This document shows positions 11,501 through 21,556 of a DNA stretch of 64,000 nt, piece after piece; the stretch's first letter is position 1, and every line of letters starts with the position of its first letter. The position numbers and the translations under genes were made by a program. Source of the DNA: Anthoceros angustus (Eukaryota; Plantae; Anthocerotophyta). A model generated the notes under the pieces. That model was not told the origin of the DNA and searched no databases. It saw only the letters and a program-made list of their open reading frames with translations. The DNA is taken from NCBI GenBank assembly GCA_010909165.1, contig VJWM01000068.1, positions 372,001 through 436,000 of the forward strand, given 5' to 3'.

Positions 11501-14500
11501 AAAGTCCCTAGAGCTTTCTCTGGAGCTGCAACAAAGATTACAGTCACTGGTTGCTGAAAGATCACAACCAAGAAAAGTTTGGCAGGGCACGAAAGAGACT
11601 GAATCCATAGCAGGGACTGTCGTCAGCAGTGGTTCTAGGGTACAGACTCGTGCAGATTGCCTCGAGAGAGGTGCTGTGCTTAAGAATACTGGAGAGGACA
11701 GTAAAAGCAGAAGCTTGGCAGGGAGGAATGCTGGAGAGAATGAATTGGAAAATATCCAATCACCTGTAGTGACACAAAAGCGCAAACGAGGACGGCCGCC
11801 GAAGGTAAAAACATCAGAAAGTCTTCAGGTGACTAGCTCGGCGAACGTTGGTGCTAAAAGACGAGGTCGACCTCCGAAGAATGGACTCCCTAAGGCTGTG
11901 GAACAGGATATGTACCCAAATTTGGAAAAAAGACGAGGTAGACCGCCGAAACGCAAATTACAGACAGAAACGGGTGAAATGGTACCTGCAAGGAAACGTG
12001 GGAGACCGCCTAAAAGGATTGTGCTGAGTCCACTCAGGGAAGAAGGTGCCTTGGATATCAATAACTGTGCATCAGCTGCAAAGATAGAACGGAGTGCTCA
12101 GCTTGCTCAGATTCCTGAAATTGAAGTTGAAGTAGGTTTGGACAAAACTGACAGTATACAGGATGCTAGCCAGGGAGTTATTTGCAATCCTCCAGAGAAT
12201 CAATCGGTCCTTGATGTTTGCAGGGATGGACAAAGCAGTTATGTAGGTACAACGAAGTCAGAGGAGGGGCAGGGTCTCTTGCAGGCAGAGCTGCCCTTGA
12301 ATGAAGCTCGTTTGCAAGTGGAATCGCTAGGTGATGTAGGTCGTACAGATAAGCAGATGGTTATGCCGTCTGCAATTCCTACACCTGGCACTCGCACAGA
12401 CAACATGCAGGAAGATGCAGTCCATGCAGCATCTCATGAGTTGGCTGGGTTAAGAAATGGTCAACGAAGTGAAGGAGAATGGTCTGTAGATTCAGCTCAG
12501 GAAGCGTGTTCAAAGGCTTTGACTTTAGAGATTGAGAAGCTCGAGCTGCAGATTATGAATACGAGCTTGAGAAGAGATTATCTTGGGCAGGACAATTCAG
12601 GACGTGGCTACTGGGTCATATGTGGGCCAAGAATGAGACCTCAAGTGGCTGTTGAAGAACATTTGGTAATAGGTTGTGTTGGTACAATGGACACCAGTAA
12701 GTTGGATGCTCCTACACCTGTGGATCATCAATGCACTGGGATCAGTCTTGAAAAATGTGAGAGTTCTCAGTGGATTCTGTATGAGACAGAGTCTCAGTTT
12801 GATGCACTGATTAGCAGTCTTCGATACAGCAAGCAAGAAAAGGCCCTGAGAGCTAATCTATCTCAGTGGAAAAAGTCATTGGCTGCAGGACTATCGGGAA
12901 GTGAGTTGCAGGAACACAGGAAGCAGGATCGAGTGGTGCCATCTGCTCGGGTTATGTCCTTCCAGGAGGAGGGAGACAAAGTGTTCACCAAGGGTTTCCC
13001 AGTCCTAAGGGCCACACGAATCCTTGAGAGGAGATTTGGTCCCTTCCGATCGCGCGAAGTCTTTTCTGATAGCAAGAGCAATAAAGGCAAAATGAGGAAA
13101 TCTGATACAAAAAAGGCCAACTTGAGAAGGGCTGATTCAATGTTCCGATGTGCTTGCCTCGAACCTGTGTGGGCAGGCAGGTCACATTGCAAGCTTTGCC
13201 ATGAATCATATGCTAACGAATCTGATTTGTTAACGCATAAATGTCGTGGCCAGCAAATGAGGAATCGGAAGGGATCCAAGAAGGTTGTTAGAACCGTACC
13301 AGTGCAGGCTGGCTACCAGGCTGCAGAGTCAGTTGGTCGGAAAAGGAAGAAAGTGAGCCATATCCCCAGCACAATTTTCTTGAATGAGGTACAGGAGATG
13401 CATCGGTCTAAGAAACTGACTGTGAGGAAGAGGCATTCAGCAGTTTCTGCATCTGGCAATGCTCAAACAGAACTAGGGCAAACTCGACAGCAGATTTATG
13501 GAGACTGGGATTCTTCTGGGTTTGTGGATGAAGGGGCTACAGCTGTTCTTGGTACACGGGAAAGCAGTGATGGAGGTATTCTAGAGATTGGATGTGTTGA
13601 GGATGAATCAGGCATCCGTGATGACGTGCAGGATCAGGCTGTGGGCTTTGGGTATATGGATGTCTCAATCAAATCAGGTAGCACCAAGAGGCTGGGTAAG
13701 AGGAAAGGATTGTCTGCAGCTGGCGAGCAGCCACAAATCACATCAGAAACTCCAAGGCTACCTTCTCGGGAAAAGATTATTCAAGAGATCAAGCAGCTGT
13801 CTGAAAACATACAGCCTGGGGATGTATTATTAGCCGGCAGTCATAAGGATTCGTCAGGTGCAGCAACCCTTGTTGGAGGCGCAGCAACTTCAAGATGGGG
13901 CCCCCATGGTGGAGAAACATTTATTCCATTTGGTACTCCTGATTCTACACGAGATCGAGTTCTCCAGATAGGATTCATAGCAGATAAGGGGCCCATTTTT
14001 GCTCCTGCTCTTCCGTGCTCTCCTGCTTTTGATCCATCCCTTAATTTGATGTTCCAGCCAAGAATGGGAGATGTCTGTACTGGACTTCCTCCATATACCA
14101 GCGATCATGAACTTGGACGCGTGCAGCCTCCGACTTCTGATATGGGAACCTGTTGCGAGAGTCCAAAAACTGATAAAACACCTGACTATTCATCCTTTAT
14201 GCCCAATGGCGGCCCTGAAGATATGATTTTCTACACAGAAGCAGGAGATGGGGGGGTTGATATCTTTGCACTGGAGGTTAATCCTCATACCAGGTGGGCT
14301 GTAGATAATTTTGGAAATATTGCTACCCACGACGGACTGGTATCGGGCCTGTTGACACTAGAGCAGCCCATGAACGACGCTGTTGCTATGGTGGACACAA
14401 CAGATGGTTCCACACAATGGGATCAAGCAAGCAATAGTCATACGCCAGCAGGGCACCCAGAGCCCCAAGCTGGATTTTGTGAACCGGTTTCTGTACATCC

Positions 14501-15527
14501 AAGCAGGTGCCAGGATCTCAATGCTGGAGAGAAAAACACTGCCAAAAATTTATGTGATGTGTATATACCAGTCTCAAGTTCTTTGTTGGAGGAGTCAATT
14601 TGCAAACAGGATACGGAATCTGAACCTGAGATCCAATGCAGTCTGGGAGCAGATCTTACAGGAGGTGGTCAATGTCCATCTTCCTTGCTGCCCCCCAAGG
14701 AAATCACTGGTGATGAGACTTCCTTCGAGGCGCAGGAAAACAAATTGGGTGATATTTCTGATAGTGGACCGAAGGTGCAAACTGACCTGAGAACTGTTGA
14801 AAGGCAGCCTGTTCATGTACAAGACATGAGCTCAATTCCTGTACAGTCCAGTGATGATAAGCCTGAGACCGTTGATGGATCTACAACAGCTATCCTGACA
14901 CCAGCAGCTGGTGTGAAGGAATCTGTGCTGGAGGCATATCAGCAAGATATCCCTTCAAAAGCAACAGGGTCTTCGGTAACCAAAACTGCAGGAGTCGCTC
15001 AGGAACCTGGAAAGAAATTAAGTATACCAGAATGTTCTATGAAGCCGTTAGATGGCACACGAGCTGTGCTGCTGAAATGGCTGAAGATGAGTATCCTTGA
15101 TGTGGAAGCAGTCTTAACCCCTGGCATGCTGGAAGCTGGGAAGGGTGAGGACAGTAGACGGCGGGCATGGCGGGCATTGGTGAAGTCAGCGGAGTCCTTG
15201 TTTGAGGTATTGCCCCGGTGCTTTCTTCAAGTACAGCATTTCTTACAGGCTGGCGGCAAGGGCGTTCTGACTTAGTTTTTGTTCTTGGTGTAGGTGACTC
15301 AAGCCCTTTTTGTCCTGGAACTGATGATAAAGACTGACTACCTGCGATCATCCTGGAGACACTGGTATTCCCTATCAGCAGCTGTGAAGGTATCGAACAT
15401 CACTTCTGTTGCACTGCGCTTATTTGCGCTTGATTCAGCCACAAGCTACGAGGTTGGGCCAGTCCAGCCGAAGAAGAGAGGAAGGAAGAGAAAGGTCCGG
15501 CCAGAAGACACTGATGCTGATGATTAA
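5557..15527 (+). CDS. MBD9: Methyl-CpG-binding domain protein 9-like: PHD, 3x MBD, FYRN/FYRC, DDT-like, bromodomain, PHD, 4x AT-hook, WHIM-like; about 12 exons
   Basis: PHD1 CCHC..CDDCERSWHLTC..WLCPSC (~5926-6063). MBD-like repeats at ~6594-6782, ~7125-7300 and ~7362-7539. FYRN-like WHDASTGSLCISEI. DDT-like DVLQIWEFLCRF. WSISKEVFKGNAAGPTK is typical of MBD9. Bromodomain RPLDLRTIDLRL..IWKN. PHD2 CRVCGVD..CDGCEAEYHTYC. GT-AG introns at about 7575-7661, 7891-8024, 8757-8942, 9558-9647, 9977-10121, 10449-10568, 10668-10802, 11334-11432 and 15207-15293. The start codon is uncertain and 6170-6300 appears corrupted. Confidence 0.9.
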
Positions 15528-16499
15528 CTGCGACGTGGCTTAATTCATTGAAGTTTTGGGGTGTCATCCTTGTTGGACCATCTGCCGAGGCCTCGGAGAT
15601 CTATGCTTGCAGAAGGATCGCTCACTGATCGGACGCCCCTATTTTTTCTCAACTGTACAAAACCATTTTGATATCCGGTGTGCTAGCAATGCTACGGCAT
15701 TGGGACCACCGGGAGGCCGCATCCCCCACTTGGTAGAGGAAGGTTTCTTGCCCTAGCTCTGGCAAGCTGTACCAAAGACTCTTCTGGCAGTTTTGTAACC
15801 TACCCTGGGACTACCACCTGTGGGAATGCCGCTCGGCTTCAAGCATTGCTCTATCTTGCTGTCCAGCCGTTGTGGCTGACACGCAGCATGTCCTTGATGT
15901 AACGCTGCCTCCAAAGGGGTGGCCGTCGTATTGAAGGGCTTCCTTCCGTTGGTCATTAGGTGGCGACGAAATTGATTCCGTGACGTCTCTGCCCCTGCAG
16001 GACACCTGTGCCTCCGGCAAAGGGTGTGGATTCGCTCTCACTGGCGTACCTCATCGGCTACGACCTAATACCGCACATAGTGGGCCATGCCTGATGACAA
16101 GACACATTCCATGACAGGGTTGCAAAGTCCTCCGGCAGGCTGACCGCTTCATTATACACTGCACGCGGACGGATTTCATGCCACCGCTACCAAGGATATC
16201 ATATCTTTGAGTTCATGACTTAGTTTACTTCAAGTTCGGTGAAAAATAAATTAAATAATAATTAATTAAATAATATTATATTTTATATCCATCTAGTATA
16301 AGGTTCACTATCAAATGGAGATAAGAACAGAAAAGGGGAGCATCTCGCTGAAGTCCACCAAGGATAGCATTTCATTGTTGGACTTACCTAGGTAACATGT
16401 ACAATGGTGCATTTAGTATTTGTATCAAGATATTTTTTAAATATAGTGAATAAATCGGATATTTATATTCCACTTAATTTAGAGGAACTCGAAGCGTTT

Positions 16500-17300
16500 T
16501 GTAGCCGCGGAAATAAGCGACGAAGGCCTCTGATAACAATTTTGCAACCATGTAATTAACTAACCAAGAGGCCCCGAAGAACCTTATTATAACAGCTCAT
16601 TGCGGGTAGAGATCATATATGAGGCATGCCCTAAGGGCCTTACAACATTAGCCCTTTTTGCAGCCAAGACAGCAGAAATTATATATCCAAGCGACCCCAA
16701 AGGACTTCAACAACAGAGATCTTAAATCAAGCGACCTCTCAGGGCTTCACAACAAGCAGGTCACCAAGGGCCATGAGTAATCGGGGATGAGCAGTACCCC
16801 CTCCTGGGTAGTGATGGGTTAGGAGGGTCACTTAATCATGGAGTTCCAATGAACTCCTAGCGACTATGTCACACCCAAGGGAGGATTACGAGGGTAGCCC
16901 TCTTTGCACCTCATCTAACTTGTACATATCTAAAAAAGTAGGAAGTTTACCGACGAAGTCGTTCTCATAAATATGTGTCCCTATGGCCTATGACAATTGG
17001 ATATACATGAGAGCATTTTGTTTTTTGGGTAGTAAAGTATTTTCATTTCACTTAATCTAGGTGACACCGAAGGATTTCAAAACAACGGAGATAACCGACC
17101 ATGAGGCTCAGAGCAATCATAATCAGCTTGCTATAGGTGTATCATATATGCAAGGACCTTATAACAACAACCCCAAAAATTTTGTTGTGTAGGCGAGTTA
17201 GTAGAGATCATATATCTATAAGCAACCTCGAAGAGGTTCGACAATAAATGTTATATCCGCCAACCCCTAAGGACTTCACAACAACTAAGCCACCAAGGGC
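16500..17300. repeat. Degenerate array of a ~25-bp motif (gcgacccc.aagg.cttcacaacaa)
   Basis: Variants near 16518, 16570, 16627, 16691, 16731, 17082, 17222 and 17259. Confidence 0.5.
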
Positions 17301-17912
17301 CCAGAGCAATGGTGGGTGGGTGATAGCCTATCCTATTATTGAGCCGACTAGAATTTCGCTTAACCACAGAGTTCCCATGAACTTTTGGCTACTGTGTCAC
17401 TTCTCAAGGAATTGCATTTTGTTTTTTGGAACAAAATGCAGTTCTAGTTCCTAGTTCAGGAACTAAACCATTGCATTAGTTCAAGGAATCAATATGTATG
17501 TTTACATAGCTTGGGTTTGTAAAACATATACATATAGACCAGCAAAAAATCTACAAGCCCAAAGTAAAATAGGATTCTTACCACACTACAAGCAGCCGAG
17601 TTGTCCATGCCCAAAGTTTTTGCTCAACAATAGCATTGAAAGTGAAAAGAAAATAGCCCTACACTTTATCTAAAGCAACATGACATTCTCTCTTCTCACC
17701 CTTGACATTCTCTCTTCTCTCTACTCTCTTCTCACCTGAGTAGGTTCAAACTCTGTTGACGTAGAACTAAGTAGGATTTAGGATTTGGCAACTTGGAAAT
17801 TTTCATATGCAAGAGAAAATTGTAAAGTTTTGGTTTTTGTTGTTTGAGTTTAGGGGTGGTGGTTTCCATTGTGTGCTGTACATGTTACATGACCGCATTT
17901 GCAATTTATAAA

Positions 17913-18004
<92 letters not shown>
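17913..18004. repeat. Compound microsatellite (CT)n(AT)n(AG)n, self-complementary
   Basis: Read directly from the sequence. Confidence 0.95.
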
Positions 18005-18005
<1 letters not shown>

Positions 18006-18347
18006 TAGCAGATTTTTTGTTGATATATTTATTTATTTATATTTATAGACCAGCAAAAAAATATACAAGCCCAAAGTAAAATATGTTCCCCTTCTTTTAG
18101 TTTTTGTATCCTAAGTCTTTCTTCCGCCTCTTTTCTACTTATGTTTCTTTGTGTCATCTTCACTTACTTCCCCCTACACTAACACAGTTTTCTTGATGCA
18201 TTAACTGCAAAAGGTTGCAAACCTCACATGTCCAGTATACTTCATAACAAGGGAAGTTATTGCTTACATAGTCTTAGAAAACTTATGTATTTGCCTATGA
18301 GATTGAGGCTCATGCAAGTTTCTCTCTTCTCTCCCTTGATATTACTC

Positions 18348-18466
18348 TGTGTCTCTTATATTAGTTTAAGATAACATACTTATATTAAAAGAAGGGGAGC
18401 ATATTGTATGTGTCTCTTATATTAGTTTAAGATAACATACTTATATTAAAAGAAGGGGAGCATATT
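18348..18466. repeat. ~61-bp tandem duplication
   Basis: tgtgtctcttatattagtttaagataacatacttatattaaaagaaggggagcatatt occurs twice in tandem. Confidence 0.85.
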
Positions 18467-19060
18467 TTATTTTCACAGCTTACTTCAGACAGCGAGTCTC
18501 CATTGCCCTTCAAAGGGCCCTCTCGACAACAATCCTTCACAAGGCGGCAACGGTAGGTGACACTTCTTCTTCTTCCTCCATCATTTGCAGGCCATTTGTT
18601 CTTCCTGCAAATGATGTTCTAGGAACAGTTGGTAATTTTAGGTAAGAAATTTAGTTGCTCTTTTTCACCTCGACCCTCGAGGTCCGCCTTCATTGTCCCG
18701 TGCTGGATGGGTTTTTTACCATCGTTTTTTCCCTCAATAAAACACAAATATTGCTAAAGAAGGAGAGCATATTTTACTTTGCTTATATTAAACTATTATC
18801 AAGAGATTTTATTTTACGATATAATTCCCTACTTAGTCTAATGAACATCCGTGACTTTCCTATTTTCTCTACTAATGAGGTTAATATAATCGGTTTAAAA
18901 TCTTTTATGACTATTTATCTAATCCGATCAAAGTATTGCATTTAGAACTTTGAATTAGGTATAGTATTCAAGTGTTTTGATCAGAAAGTATTTCATCTAT
19001 CTTAAAAATATTTTACAAACTTTGGCTAAATAAATTACTCTTGAATGGTTAAGTGAACTA

Positions 19061-20158
19061 GTCAATATGGCTGAGTGGTCCGGAAGCAGCTTTTTAACAC
19101 ACTGGTCATACCCTCCACTATTTATGGTGCTGAGGTTTGGGGCTTGGGTCTTTCCTCTTCCTCTTGGGCTAAGGTGGAAAAAGTACAAACCTCCTTTCTC
19201 TGTGCTAACATTACTTGTAAGCATTCGACCCCCTTAACTATCCCCCTTTCTGAATTTGCTACCTTCCCCCTTGAACTTGATGGCCTCTTTCGCCTCTCTT
19301 GTTTCCTCTACCGCCTCCTCCTCCTTGACATTGTTAACCCTTCCCCCTTTTACCACCTCCTCGCCTACAAGTCTTCCCGCTCCCTTTGGTTCAATCAATA
19401 CTGATTCCCAAGCTTCTTTTTCTTGGCTCTCCCAACCAGCTACTTGGCTTAAACGGCTTGACTTTGCTCCCCTTAGGCTCCCTGCTTGGCCAACTCCCCA
19501 TTCGCCCCTCCCACTTTCTGATCTCCCTCTCGACCACCTTATCCAGTGGGACCTTAAATTAAGATACCTCTCCTTGGTTCCCCTCACTTTGCCTACACCC
19601 TCGTAACGCCCAAACTCCATTTATAGGAGGAGTTCCGGGTGGTGAATTCTGTTGCCTCGCCCCTACCACGCGTTACCTCAGTTCCTCTCTCTCCTTCAAG
19701 CTCCGCACTCTCATCGATCAATTTCGTGTTAGCTCCCACCACCTTCGAATCGAGACCGACCGTTGGCTTAAGCCCACACCTCCCCAAGCTGCTCGTATTT
19801 GCAAGCTCTGCTTCCTTGACCCTGAATGTGAATCGCACTTCCTTTTCTATTGCCCTATCTATGCTCCTATTCGGGCTCGCTACACTCTTCTTTTTGAGTG
19901 TGCTGTTTTTCCCTACACAGATTCTTCCCGTTTCATATTCCGAAGCTCAGTAGCCTATGTCTCTCTGAACTTCTCTCTAGTTCAAAGATATTCGTATATC
20001 TACGCTGTGTTTCACCTCTTTTTATACTACACTAATTCTGTCCATGATAATCCCTCTATCCTTGGTGGACATCAATAAAGTTGTTGTTGGTCAAGGCTGT
20101 CATACAGACTTGAAATATATTGGGTTCGCCAGTGCAGGTTCAAACCCTGCTGTTGACG
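19061..20158 (+). tRNA. tRNA-Ser(UGA) pseudogene split by a LINE (5' part 19061-19080, 3' part 20088-20158)
   Basis: Rejoined sequence: GTCAATATGGCTGAGTGGTC-AAGG...ACAGACTTGAAATATATTGGGTTCGCCAGTGCAGGTTCAAACCCTGCTGTTGACG. The acceptor stem GTCAATA/TGTTGAC pairs, with CT-TGA-AA anticodon loop, long variable arm and GGTTCAAAC T-loop. The anticodon stem is damaged and there are extra bases after the D-arm. Confidence 0.8.
19081..20087 (+). mobile_element. 5'-truncated non-LTR retrotransposon (LINE, RTE/RTEX-like) with (GTT)n tail
   Basis: RT-thumb-type LFNTLVIPSTIYGAEVWG. C-terminal FRVSSHHLRIETDRW..RICKLC..ECESHFLFYCPIY zinc knuckle (~19720-19865). AATAAA followed by gttgttgt. TGGTC duplicated at 19076-19080 and 20088-20092. 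Confidence 0.85.
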
Positions 20159-20927
20159 CTGTTCCTAGTAGTCACTGCAGGTTTGGGTTCCGTTATGCGA
20201 GTTTTGGTATCGAGGTTTCCGTTGGTGCCGTACATGTGACATAACCGCATTTGCAGTGAATACCACGTTTCCGCCACACTGGTGGCGGAACGTTCGCAGA
20301 AGAGAGGGTTCGAGGGTTCCGAAAAGTGGTCCGACGACTCCAACGCCACCATCGCGCCAGCCGCAGCGCATGTGACGGGAACATGAAGCAGAGAATCACG
20401 GACACATCACGCTGCTGATTTCCACCGCGCCGCGTCGCGTTCCAGGCTCCAGGCTTCGCTGGACTGCCGCTGCCTCCTTCCACATTTGTATGTACATATA
20501 TAAATAAATGGATATACATATGTACGTACATATGTTGTTCCCTGTACATGTGCAGACGTACATCATCATCCGCCTAGTGGAACTGGTGACGTACAATACA
20601 GCCCGCCCGCGTCGCACGTGAGTGCCCCGCCAATAATATCGAAACTGAAGTTCACCGCTCTCTATTCTTGCCGTCGGCACTAGGCCAGTCGGTACTCCAC
20701 ACGCGGTGGCAAGCCAGTGGCCGGGGTTCGATTCCGGCTTGCTGTTCCACACCTCGGGCCTCGCGAAACCAAGAATGCTGACCGAGGTCCGTACCCGGGC
20801 CCCTGGCCCCTGCCTCTCCCCTCACCTCGCTGCACGCCCCTGCCTTCTTTAGGAAGCCCGGGGGCCCTCTCGGAAAGGAGGGCGCCGCGCCGCGCCGTAC
20901 TATGGGATTCATGGGCCTGTTGTAGCG

Positions 20928-20934
20928 TATAAAA
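20928..20934 (+). promoter_or_regulatory. Putative TATA box of the TTM gene
   Basis: TATAAAA in a GC-rich context about 630 bp upstream of the TTM ATG. Confidence 0.45.
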
Positions 20935-21556
20935 GGCCCTTTGCCTCCTGCGTTGTCGGTCGTGTCGGGACTCGGGTCCTTGCTGGCTGGAGGAGGGAGA
21001 GGCCAGGGGAGGGATTTGGCTGTTTGCGGAAGAAGACGATTTCCCGGCTCTCCCCTCGGGTCGAGTGCGGCGCAGGCAAGGCGGGAACAGACCGAATTGC
21101 CTGTCGCTTGCTAGCACTAGCTAGCAAGCGAGCTTGGCGAATTGGTGCGCTCCTCGGTGCCGCCGTGATGTGGTGTGCGCTTGCGGAGCACGTCGTGAGG
21201 GCGTGGGAGGCGGATCGCGGGGCCTGGGGCCGAGGGTCCTCGCAGGGGAGGATCGCGGCCGCCTGCTGCACCGGGGCCGGGAGGGCCTTGTGACGCCGGG
21301 GGAGGGGGCAGGGGAATTGGCCTTGGCTCGGAGGCCTGGGACCTGCCAGGTGATTTTGCATGCAGTGGCAGCCGGGAGGAGTGGGACTGCGGACGGGAGA
21401 ATCTCATGCCTGCTTGCGCTTCCGCCAGCCTTCAAATTATATGGAACTGCGCGCCGGGCGCTAGGCAGCGGGAGTGGGAGTGGGATCGGGATCGGGATCT
21501 TCCTTCCGGCTGCCGGTTTTTGACGCCGCATTCCGTGTCCGTTGCTCCCGCTTGAT

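Noticed and set aside
16500-17300. CRISPR-like repeat-spacer appearance
   Set aside because: Repeats are too degenerate and irregularly spaced, the context is eukaryotic, and there are no cas genes.
18370-18470. Possible Helitron 5' end (catacttatattaaaag)
   Set aside because: No TC start at an A|T site and no matching 3' hairpin-CTRR was found.
20678-20750. tRNA/SINE-like sequence with GGTTCGATTCC B-box
   Set aside because: No convincing cloverleaf or correctly spaced A-box could be built.
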